A stretch of DNA of 64,000 bases from Lama glama (lineage: Eukaryota). Position numbers and translations under genes: made by a program. Under the pieces are notes generated by a model. It was not told where the DNA came from. It ran no database searches and worked only from the letters and a program-made list of their open reading frames with translations. Shown here one piece after another: positions 13,495 to 24,336 of this stretch. The DNA lies in assembly GCA_028534125.1 (NCBI GenBank), contig CM052818.1:13828001-13892000 (forward strand), in the 5' to 3' direction. Position 1 is the stretch's first letter. Every line of letters begins with the position of its first letter.

Positions 13495-14596
13495 GTCACA
13501 GTTGTTTTGCAGTAGATCTCAGCTGGGATCATAGACCAGAATATTCATTTCAGTCTGGTGTATTTTGAGGGTTGTTTTTTTTTTTAACTATACAAGGGAT
13601 TTTCTTTCTAGAAAATTAAAAAAATGTAGAAAAATATAAAGAAGAAATAAAAGTCACTAATAATTTTTGACTCACTTTTACATTTCACAAAATTTGCTTC
13701 TAAAATTTTTCTACACATACACAGATATTTTAGGTATCGTCAGATAAATATGTATATACAATTAGGTTTCCTTTTTTCAGTTAAGATTATAACTAGACAT
13801 TTCCCATGTTAAAAATGTATTGTAAGCATTCTTTTTAATTCTTTATAATCTGACCTGAAGCTTCTTTATAACACATAGTATTGAAAATTTTCCTAAGGTA
13901 TATCATGTCTTGTAGCCTAATCTTATTTGACTGAAATGCTTGACCTCAAATCATGAAATAGAGTTTTACTATAGAAGACTTGGACAGCTAATGGAATTTA
14001 AAAAACCAATGACTATCTAATATACCAGCTTTTAATAAAAGAGTAGCAATGTACTGACTAGAACAAAAGCATGGAATAAGAATTGAGGCTTTCTTTACTT
14101 AAAGTCTAGGGAATATTTTACTCTACCTAATGTTTCAAAGAATGCACGCTTGTGGGGATGTATGTTGTATGTGTGTATGTGTGTCTTTGCTTTTTATGAT
14201 GGGGAATTTCAAACATACACAAAAGTAGACAGACCTAGAAACACCCTCCTGTACTTCTGTTTACTTCCCTTCCTTTTGTTCAAGTAACCTAAGATTCATT
14301 GAGATTAAAGTGGCTTGGGCATTGTCAAGTAGTTAACTTCTCATAACTGAACTGAAATTCTAGTCGCTTCTGTCTAAATTTTGTACAATTTTTTTCAATA
14401 GAATGCTTACAGATACATTACAAATTTAAGATTTACCTGTATTTTATCTCGCCATTATTTTTTTCATAGTGCCTACCTTGTATAACTTCATAATTTTTTT
14501 ATAAGGTTAAGGACCAGGTGATGTATTTACACTAAATATTTTAAATAGTGAAGAGTAAACATAGGTTTACCAATGATGTATTTTTCTCTGTTACAG

Positions 14597-14781
14597 CACC
14601 ACAAAAATCCTTGGGCCATGAGGTAAATGAATTGACATCAAGTAGGTTATTGAAGTTGGAGATGGAAAATCAGAGTTTGACAAAAACTGTAGAGGAGCTT
14701 CGGAGTTCTATGGATTCTACAGAGGGCAGCACTTCCAAACTCCTGAAAATTGAAAAAGAAAATCAAAGACTAAGTAAAAAG
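14597..14781 (+). CDS. CCDC88A: CCDC88A exon (~13): (A)PQKSLGHEVNELTSSRLLKLEMENQSLTKTVEELRSSMDSTEGSTSKLLKIEKENQRLSKK
   Basis: ctctgttacag acceptor; AAG|gtaaat donor; 185 nt. Confidence 0.95.
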
Positions 14782-14869
14782 GTAAATAAAAATTAATGTT
14801 TAATGTAATGTTAAAAATATATGTAAGAGTATAAAAGAATAGCACTGAGGTAGAACACTTACTTGGTAG

Positions 14870-16015
14870 TTTTTAATATTATTTTAACTTATGGAAAATT
14901 TCAAACATATATAAATGTAAAGTGAATGAACGCTTACATTTATTCAACTTCAACAATTCCTGACTTATAGTCAGCCTTATTTCTACCTCTGCCTACTCTC
15001 CCCACAAACACTAGATGATTTTGAAGTAAACCTTAGACATGGTACTACTTCAGAATATCTCAGTAAATATCTCAGTATAAATCTTTAAAAAGTAAGGAAT
15101 TTTAAAAAAAAGAACAGTGATATTATCACACTTAAAAAATTAATAGTTTTGGTCAGCATTTCAATTTCTCCAAATCTGTTATGATTTTTTTTCACATTTT
15201 GTTCGATTTTGAATCCAAATAAGAGCAACACATTCGATCAGTTGGTGTGTTGAAGAAAACAGGTTGTTTGTCTAACAGTTTTCCCACAATCTAGATTTTG
15301 CTGAATGAGTCTTTAGCAGTTCCTTTGTCCTCCTCTGTATGACTTGTTTTATCTGTAGGCTTAATCAGGTTCAAGTTGAGTTTTTAGTAAGAATACTCAT
15401 AAGCAGTATATTTCAATCAGGAGGCACATGTCTGGTTGTCTCTCTTTCTGTGATGTTAGTTGTCATGGAAAATCATTTGCTTAGATCCTTTCTTTAATCA
15501 GAGTTTAAAAAATCCTGCTATTATATCATCCTTTCTTAACTTGGTAGCTAGAGTATTTCTATAGGAAAAACTTTGTTTTAAAAACTATTGGTTTAAAAAA
15601 AACAATCACCTTCAGTTACTCTGAGAAATAACTCTTAGGGGTAAAGTAGGAGGAATGTTTGATTCTTTACCTTTACTTACCAGTTTCCTAGTAGTGAATT
15701 GGTTCCCTCAAATCCTCCTGAGACAATGAGTGAGTTTGTTTGTTTCAGTATCATTGTGAACTCATGGGTTTAAAAATATTTGAAGCATTTCAATGCACTG
15801 TATTTATTTCTTACTGTCCCAACTCTTTAAGTTGCTTCCTGAATCCTTTTAACATGACCTTAGAACTTCTGGAGAGCTTCTTTGCTTTCTGCCATGACAA
15901 AGTGTTCTAGGTTCCTCTTAAACATTTTCTGCCTCAAACCTCGAAACAGCCATTTCTTTAAAATGCCCTTGTTCCTTTTAGTAAGAAATTATATTTAGAG
16001 ACTACAACTTAGACA
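14870..16015 (-). mobile_element. Ancient L1 (L1ME/L1MC-type) 3' fragment
   Basis: tatggaaaatttcaaacatat start; gttgaagaaaacaggttgtttgtc; atcaggaggcacatgtctggttgtc; gtgttctaggttcctctt. Confidence 0.6.
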
Positions 16016-16059
16016 TTATGAAATCTGAATTTTAATTAGACCTTGATTGAACAGAAATA

Positions 16060-18362
16060 TAAGCATATTTTATTTTATTGCATTTCACTTTATTGCACTT
16101 CACAGATATTGCATTTTTTACAACTTGAAGGTTTGTGCGAACCCTGCTTCAAACAAGTCCATCAGCACCATTTTTCTAACAATATTTGCTTTACTTCGTG
16201 TCTCTGTGTCACATTTTGGTAATTCTCACAGTATTTCAAGCTCTTACATTGTTACTTGTTATGGTGATCTGTGGTCAATGATCTTTGAAGTTATTATTAT
16301 AAATGTTTTGGGGTGCCACAGACTACACCCACATAAGACAGTTAACTTAATTGATAAATGGTGTGTGTGTTTTGATGACTCCACCAATTGATGATTCCCC
16401 TGTCTCTCTCCTTCTCCTTGGACCTCCCTATTCCCTCAGACACAGCAATACTGACATTAGGCCAGTGAATAACCCTACAATGGCCTCTGTGTGTTCAAGT
16501 GAAAAGAAGGGTCACATGTCTCACTTTAAATTAAAACCTAGTAATGATCAAGCTTAGTGAGGAAGGCATGTTGAAAGCTGAGATAAGCTGAAAGCTAGGC
16601 CTCTTGTAACCAAATAGTGAGCCAAGATATGAATGCAAAGGAAAAGTTCTTGAAGAGAATTAGAAGTGCTACTCCACTAAATGCCTGAGTGATAAGAAAC
16701 TGAAACAGCATTATTGCTGATATGGAGAAAGTTTTAGTGGTCTGCATAGAAGACTTCTCAGCCACAATATTTCCTTAAATCAAAATCTAGTCCAGAGCAA
16801 GATGAGGCAGCAAGTGCTAATGTAGAAGCTGTGGCAAGTTATCCAGAAGATCTAGTTACGATAATTAATGAATGGTGCAAAACTAAACAATAGATTTTCA
16901 ATGTAGATGAAACAGCCTTCTCTTGGAAGAAGATACCATCTAGGACTTTCATAGCTACAGAGGATAAGTCTGTACCTATGTTTGAAGCTCCAAAGAACAG
17001 TCTGACTCTCTTCTTAGGAGCTAACACAGCTGGTGACTTGAAGTTGAAGCCCATGCTCGTTTACCATTCTGAAAATCATAGAGCCCTCAAGAATTATGCT
17101 AAATCTACTCTGCTTGTACCTTACTAATGAAACAACAAAGCCTGCATGACCAAACTAACGAAACAACAAAGCCCAGATGACTGAACATCTGTTTACAGCA
17201 TGGTTTACTGAATATTTTAAGCCCACTGTTGTGACCTATTCCTCAGGAAAAAAAAGATTCCTTTCAAAAATAGTACCGCTCATTGACAGTACACCTGGTC
17301 ACCCAAGAACTCTGGTGGAGACATATGGTGAGATTAATATTTTCATGTCTGCTAACACTAGATCCATTCTGCACACCATGGATCAAGGAGTAATTTCAAC
17401 TTTCAAATCTTGTTCTTTAAGAAATACATTTTTGTAAGGCTTCTAGCTACCATAGATAGTGATTCCTCTAAGGGATCTGGGCAAAGTCACTTGAAAATCT
17501 TCTAGAAAGAATTCACCATCTAGATGCAATTAGGAACATTCGTGATTCATGGGAACATGTCAAAATACCAACATTAACAGGAGTTTGGAAGATGTTGATT
17601 CCAACCCTTAGAGGCGACTTGGAGAGGGGTTCAAGATTCCAGTGGAATAAAGTAACTGCAGATTTGATGGAAGCAGCCAGAGAATCAGAATTAGAAGTGG
17701 AGCCTGAAGATGTGACTAAATTGCTGCAATCTCATGATAAAAAATTAATGAATGAGGAATTTTTTCTTATGGATGGGCAAAAAAGAGGATTTTTGAAATG
17801 CAGTTTACTCCTGGGGAAGATGATGTGAGGATTGTTGAAATGACAACAAAGGATTTAGAGTATTATATAAATTTAGTTTGTAAAGCCGCAATCAGGTTTG
17901 AGAAGATTGACTATAGTTTTGAAAGAAGTTCTGCTGTAGGTAAAATGCTGTTAAGCAGCGTTCCATGCTACATAGAGATTGTTCATGAAAAGAAGAGTCA
18001 ATTGATGCAGCAAACCTTATTGTTTTATTTTAAGAAATTGCCATAGCCAGCCCAGCCTTCAGCAACCACCACCCTGGTCAGCAAACAACACTGAGACAAG
18101 ACCCTCCACCGGCAAAAAGATTGAGCTGTTGAAAGCTCAGATGAGAGCATTTTTTAGCAATAAAGTATTTTTAATTAGGTGTGCAATTGATGTTTTTAAG
18201 TGTAGTGCCATTATTGCATACTTAATAGACTATAGTGTAATGTAAACATAGCTTTTACATGCACTGGGAAACCCAAAAATTCATGTGACTTGTTTGATTG
18301 TGATACTCACTTTATTGCGGTGGTCTGGACCCAGACTCGCGTAATATCTCTGAGGTATTCTG
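16060..18362 (+). mobile_element. Near full-length Tigger1 (TcMar-Tigger/pogo) DNA transposon with a decayed transposase
   Basis: Degenerate termini (taagcatattttattttattgcatttcactttattgc ... atatctctgaggtattctg|ta). ORF fragments 17177-17437 and 17798-18046 read like a pogo/CENP-B DDE domain, with many stops and frameshifts. Confidence 0.92.
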
Positions 18363-18416
18363 TATTCCAATTGTGGGGCAGTTAGTCCAGGTAATTTATT
18401 TTTGCATATCTTTCTG

Positions 18417-18424
<8 letters not shown>

Positions 18425-18446
<22 letters not shown>
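18425..18446. repeat. (CA)n microsatellite
   Basis: Visible run. Confidence 0.9.
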
Positions 18447-18447
<1 letters not shown>

Positions 18448-18699
18448 AAATAGAAATCATATAAAAACATACATGATGTATTTATCATGAACACTTCCCA
18501 TCACATATACTCCCCCAAATGTGCTTTCACTTTTGTTTCCAGTTCTTGGTCACTGTAAACAATACTGTAAAAAATATTTTTGTACATATGTCCTTATGAA
18601 TTAGTTTTTATTTCTATATATAGTCAGCCATGTCTAGTTTTTCTTTTGATAGATTCTGTGTTTCTGGACTCGGTTATAAAATCTCCCTAACTTTTAGAC

Positions 18700-18884
18700 C
18701 AGTAGTTTTGAACAGGTATTGCATCAGAATCACCTTCAAGACTTGCTAAAATATATATTGCTGAGCCCCATGCCCAGAGTTTCTAATTTAGTAGGTCTGG
18801 GCAGGGCGCTAAGAAATCTCATTTCTGAAAGTTCCTAGGTGATACTTAACCTGCTGTTTTAGAGCCGTGCCTTGAGAACCACTG
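18700..18884. mobile_element. MER5A (hAT-Charlie MITE)
   Basis: cagtagttttgaa...gcatcagaatcacc...tagtaggtctggg...cttgagaaccactg. Confidence 0.8.
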
Positions 18885-20201
18885 CCTTAATGTGAATAGA
18901 CTCCTTGATTTTCTTGCAAGATTTTTACTCTTTTAAAACATTCTTGCATCATTTTTAATCCATTAACCAAATAAACTTACTAAGCATTTCATAATAAATA
19001 TAATGTTAAAATGGGAATGGCCATTTAGAACTTGGAACAGTTTTATTTTGGTTTTCGGTGTAATTGGATCTGGCAATTATAATTTGATTTTTAAATTAGC
19101 TTTTAAGTCTAATTAGTAAATTCTTAGAGATTCTAGCGAGTTTTCACCAGTTCATTATATGCCTTTTACAAACTGAGTGTTTCACTTGAATTTCATTGAG
19201 TAAAACAGCAAATAAGTTTAATTAAATAATCTGCTATCCATATATTTCAGTCAGTAATGAGAGAACCAATTTAGTTGTTAATAGCTTAAAGGTTCCTGGT
19301 CATGTAAGTTAATGTTGATTGAATTATTAGATAAGGTTTATGACTTGATGCTTTTGAGATATTACTGAAAGATTGATTTCCATGTGTGGTTACCTTCCAC
19401 TGATGTTAAAATAGAAAAATTCAACTTGCTTTATGAAAGACTATTAACATTCTTAGACTTCCTTACTATTGATATAAGGATTTAAGTAATATTTAAACTT
19501 GAAGTGGAATATTTTATATGCCTAAGTCTTCTTTTTTTTTTATTACCTGGTTTAATAATGTTTTATAATAACGGGGAAATCAATAGTTTGGCATATTTCG
19601 AAGTTGAATTTGCTTTTTCATACTTAATAATAGCTTACTTTATTGTATCTTTGAAATGTATAATTCAGAATAAATTTAAATCTAGAATATAAATATTTGC
19701 TCAAGTTTTGTTCAGACCTTTTTTCTCTAGTAGTTTCCTTTTTCTCTCTTCTTTTTAATCCAGGTCTCTTCTTGTTTCCTCATTAAACTTTTCACCACCA
19801 TTTCTCATTTTTTTCCTTTTTGTGCAATGAAATTCCTTGATGATAATTAAAATTTTACTTTACAAATCTATTTAAGCCTAAAGAGTTTTCAATAAGATTT
19901 GTACATTCTTCGTATGGCATGTGTGTATGTATTCAGTTAGATTTGTGTTTGTGATTAGAAGTAGAGTTTGCCCTCAAAGATGCAGAGGATAAGAAAGATA
20001 GTCACGTCTGTATGTTTTATATAGCTGCTAAAATTAGCTTGGAATATGACTTGAATTTTTCATTGAAATTCTTAAATTTCACCATTTGGGTGTTAAAACT
20101 GTATTTTTTCCTTTATTCAATGATTAGCATTTGTTTTTACATGTTCCCACTGTTGGGCAATATTTAATGATACATTGTTTTTGTGATTTCATTTTCTCTA
20201 G

Positions 20202-20339
20202 GTTGAAATTCTTGAAAATGAGATTATTCAAGAAAAGCAAAGTCTTCAGAATTGTCAGAATTTAAGCAAGGATCTAATGAAGGAGAAAGCTCAGCTTGAG
20301 AAAACAATTGAAACACTTAGAGAAAATTCAGAGAGACAG
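20202..20339 (+). CDS. CCDC88A: CCDC88A exon (~14): VEILENEIIQEKQSLQNCQNLSKDLMKEKAQLEKTIETLRENSERQ
   Basis: ttttctctag acceptor; CAG|gttcat donor; 138 nt. Confidence 0.94.
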
Positions 20340-21219
20340 GTTCATAACTTTCCTATTATGAGTAACATATTTTTAAAATTTATTAACAAAAGTTATTCTA
20401 TAGTTAAGATAATAAAATGTTCATAATAACATTAAGTGTAAATATTTTAGAACTTTTTAGATTTTAAAGTAACTATGGTGTTTCCTCATTTTCTATCCTA
20501 TGCAAAATAGGATAGAAACAAAAAGTTGAAGGGAAAGCTTAGAAGTTTTTAAGTTGCCTGTGTGCTTAATAATTATCTGGTATAAAATGTTGTAGTACCT
20601 GTGTTTAAATTGCTCTCAAGTGTCTGTGGATTCGAGCTGCTGATTTTAAAGTCCCTGAATGAAGCTGGGGTGAAATACAGCTACACTCTGACCTCACTAA
20701 AGAGGGACAAGTGGTGGCAGCAACCATCTTGGGTATTTTCCTACTTGCTTTCAAGTGTTTTATTGGTCATTCTCATTTTATGCTTGAGGAAACTGAGAAT
20801 TAAATACATTAAGTGGCTGGCTGTTTTAAAATTTCTACTTTTTTAGAAATAAAGTGATTTGTTTTATACTATCTAGGTATAGTTCTCAGGCCACCTATAA
20901 AAATACAGATTTCCGTGGCTCTACAGAACAAAAATTCTAGAGCTAAGCATGGTTCTCAGGGGATTGTTTAACACACTAAATTTTTCGAGACCCATTACAG
21001 TAGGCCATGCTATAAATTGGATGTATTAGTTTTAAAATGTACTGGGGATTTTGTTACTTTGATATTGTTAAATTAGAATTCTTTTGTGGAATGAATTCAC
21101 ATAAATACACAGCAATATATATACACTTACAACACAGCAAATATTTACTGAGTATTCACTGTGTATATACATTGCAAAATTTATTGAATGAAAGTAAAAG
21201 CTTTATATCTTCAAGAAGA

Positions 21220-21300
21220 GGGGCAGTGGGTATAGCTCAGTGGTAGAGCACATGCTTAGCATGCAGGAGGTCTTGGGTTCAATTCCCAGCACCTCCATTT

Positions 21301-21334
<34 letters not shown>

Positions 21335-21335
21335 C
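21220..21335 (+). mobile_element. Vic-1-like tRNA-Ala SINE with a (CA)n tail
   Basis: gggtatagctcagtggtagagcacatgcttagcatgcaggaggtcttgggttcaattcccagcacctcc; aagaaga on both flanks. Confidence 0.85.
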
Positions 21336-21691
21336 ATAGAAGAAGATAATGTGTCTATTATGTTTCACCTGTACTCATCTTTGAATTTGAAACATGTAAC
21401 CGTAAATAGCCTGAAGATCATTTTGATTAGTATTAAATATATCTGTCTTAATCATCTTATCATTCCTTTACATTATGAACTCTCTAAAGATAGGAACTTT
21501 AATGACCTGGCAGTACATGTACAGAGTGATCTCACAGTACACATTTGTGAGAATTAAAATTAAGATAGACAATTTTACCACCTTTTTATGGTTTGATTTT
21601 CCTGTTAGCTTTTGAAAGGGAGAAGCTATGTAATTTTAAATATTTACTTATGCTCAGTCAACTTTTAAATTTCCTCCTTTCTTTTTGTTAG

Positions 21692-22762
21692 ATTAAAATA
21701 TTGGAACAGGAAAATGAACATCTGAATCAAACTGTGTCCTCCTTAAGGCAGCGCTCCCAGATAAGTGCTGAAGCAAGGGTGAAAGACATTGAAAAAGAAA
21801 ATAAAATTCTCCATGAGTCTATCAAAGAAACAAGTAGTAAGCTAAGCAAGATTGAATTTGAAAAAAGACAAATTAGAAAAGAATTAGAACATTACAAAGA
21901 AAAAGGAGAACGAGCAGAAGAACTTGAAAATGAGTTGCATCATCTTGAAAAAGAAAATGAATTGTTACAGAAAAAGATTACCAATTTAAAAATTACTTGT
22001 GAAAAAATTGAAGCCTTAGAACAAGAAAATTCAGAGCTAGAAAGAGAAAATAGGAAGTTTAAAAAAACATTGGATAGCTTTAAAAACCTTACTTTTCAGT
22101 TAGAATCCCTAGAAAAAGAGAATACCCAGCTTGATGAGGAAAATTTAGAACTGCGAAGGAATGTGGAATCTTTGAAGTGTGCAAGCATGAAAATGGCACA
22201 GCTACAATTAGAAAATAAAGAACTGGAAAGTGAAAAAGAACAACTTAAGAAAGGGTTAGAGCTCATGAAAGCATCTTTCAAGAAAACAGAGCGCTTAGAA
22301 GTTAGCTACCAGGGTTTGGATACAGAAAATCAGAGACTACAGAAAGCTCTAGAAAACAGCAATAAAAAAATTCAGCAATTGGAAAGTGAACTACAAGACT
22401 TAGAGATGGAAAACCAAACGTTGCAAAAAAATCTGGAAGAGTTAAAAATATCTAGCAAAAGACTAGAACAGCTAGAAAAAGAAAATAAATCATTAGAGCA
22501 AGAGACTTCTCAACTAGAAAAGGATAAGAAACAACTGGAGAAGGAAAATAAGAGACTCCGACAACAAGCAGAAATAAAAGATACCACATTAGAGGAAAAT
22601 AATGTGAAAATTGGAAATTTGGAAAAAGAAAACAAAACCCTTTCCAAAGAGATTGGTATTTATAAAGAATCCTGCATTCGTCTGAAAGAATTAGAGAAAG
22701 AAAATAAGGAGCTTGTGAAAAGAGCAACTATTGATATAAAAACTTTGGTTACTTTAAGAGAG
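21692..22762 (+). CDS. CCDC88A: CCDC88A large coiled-coil exon (~15), 357 codons: [13 protein letters not shown]...[10 protein letters not shown]
   Basis: ctttttgttag acceptor; GAG|gtaaat donor; 1071 nt; matches ORF-track entry 21701..22822. Confidence 0.97.
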
Positions 22763-23039
22763 GTAAATATAGTTAAATTTCAAACAAATATTTTTTACGT
22801 TTTTAACTCAAGGCTTCTTTAAATTTTATTGCAGTAATTTGCATTATCTATTTATGGGTCAAAGTAGAAAATTGAAACTAGAAACAGTTTCCTACTTTTG
22901 TTAAAATAAGGAGTAAATGTAAATTGAATTTTTTAAGAAATTGTAGTAATAAGGTTTCCATGTGGTATCTGACTTGTTAAATTGTAACTTTATACATTTA
23001 TTTCAGAATAGTATTAAAATATTTCATCAAAACTTACTG

Positions 23040-23300
23040 AACGTAAGTATAATAAGCATGATAGCAACTAGTTATTCAGTACTAACTATGTGCCAAGTAC
23101 TGTGCCAAGGGCTTCATAAGTGGTATTTATGTATATTTATATAATTTTTATAACCAATCCTTTATGATCATCATCACCATTAGATTAGAAAACTGAGGTT
23201 CAGAGACATTAAGTAACTTACTCAGGATCACAATGGTGTATTTGGATTCCTGGATTCAAGTCCTGATCTTTCAGACTTAAGAGCCTCATGAATTTTGACT
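23040..23300 (-). mobile_element. MIR
   Basis: actatgtgccaagtactgtgcc...gaaaactgaggttcagagacattaagtaacttactcaggatcaca. Confidence 0.75.
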
Positions 23301-24152
23301 GCTAAGCTAGGAATGCAAATCAGGTTGAATTTAAAGGTCAACATCAAATAATTGGTATTTGGTTGGATCTGTGTGTCAAGAAGAATTCTTAAATTCACTG
23401 GAGTAGATTGACACTAGGTCTTGTGAAACGTGATTGGTGTAGCTCAAAAGATCACATACTTGGCTCTTTTTTGCTATTCCTATGCTATACTATATATAAT
23501 AACTTTCAGTTCAATTTAAAAGTAGCTTATCATTCTGACAGAAACTCACTTTGGGAAATCTGCCTTTCCACTAAAGAGGCATTGAGAGGGGACCATTATT
23601 ATCTTTTCCTTTTTTTTTTTTCTTTCTCTTCTATAGTCTTAACAGACATGAGCAATTGGTTCCTTGTCCCTGAACCTCTAAGAATTCCCCCTAGTTATTC
23701 AGGTCAATGTCTTAGGCCTCTTCTACTGGGAGAGGAGTGCTTGTGGTGGGAGAAGGGTGTTGTATCCAAAATATATTCATAAAAGGAATATGCACTAAGT
23801 TTCTAGTTCATTATTAAAAAGTTAATGAATGTGTGTTTTACCCACAGTTTTCAGACCTAAGGTGTGTGTATTCAAAAGCACGAGTTTCTCCTTTCAGTTT
23901 TTAAAGCTAAAAAGTTAAAAAGAAGTTTTAGCAAGATGAAGGAAAAAAATCACTTTTTGAGCTAGGTTATAATTTTGTTGTTTAACTGGTTTTTTTTTGA
24001 TCAGTGAAGGAAAAGCTCAGCAACAGCATTTCTATCTTTCCTGTTTTGAATGTGTGTTTCTGGATGATGGTGGTACTTGGAATCTTGGCTGAATTTCTTA
24101 AATGTTTATGTTCATAACACTTATGTGAGTTTTGTATTACTTTTAAAATAAG

Positions 24153-24280
24153 GATTTGGTGAGTGAAAAATTGAAGACTCAACAAATGAATAATGACCTT
24201 GAAAAATTAACTCATGAGCTTGAGAAGATAGGGTTAAATAAAGAGCGACTCTTACACGATGAGCAGAGTACTGACGACAG
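24153..24280 (+). CDS. CCDC88A: CCDC88A exon (~16): DLVSEKLKTQQMNNDLEKLTHELEKIGLNKERLLHDEQSTDD
   Basis: aaaataag acceptor; CAG|gtgagt donor; 128 nt, phase 0 to 2. Confidence 0.94.
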
Positions 24281-24302
24281 GTGAGTATTAAGTCTATTTG
24301 AT

Positions 24303-24336
24303 ACTGCTTCTTGGCCTTTTGGCTAAGATGAGGTGT
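24303..24336 (+). pseudogene. 3'-truncated (tailless) U2 snRNA retropseudogene
   Basis: actgcttcttggccttttggctaagatgaggtgt matches U2 nt 1-34 (ATCGCTTCTCGGCCTTTTGGCTAAGATCAAGTGT) at 29/34; flanked by an 11-bp direct repeat agtctatttga. Confidence 0.85.

Noticed and set aside
16839..18046. Transposase-like ORFs as a domesticated TIGD/CENP-B-like gene
   Set aside because: Broken by many stops and frameshifts inside an ordinary Tigger1 copy.
21220..21300. tRNA-Ala(AGC)-like sequences here and at about 3800, 4000, 27905 and 28912 as real tRNA genes
   Set aside because: They are divergent copies with A-rich or microsatellite tails and target-site duplications, so they are SINE heads.
22096..22727. 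Minus-strand ORFs overlapping exon 15 (similar cases at 27595, 34509, 36169, 39055 and 51011)
   Set aside because: Antisense shadows of biased coding exons; no independent gene structure.
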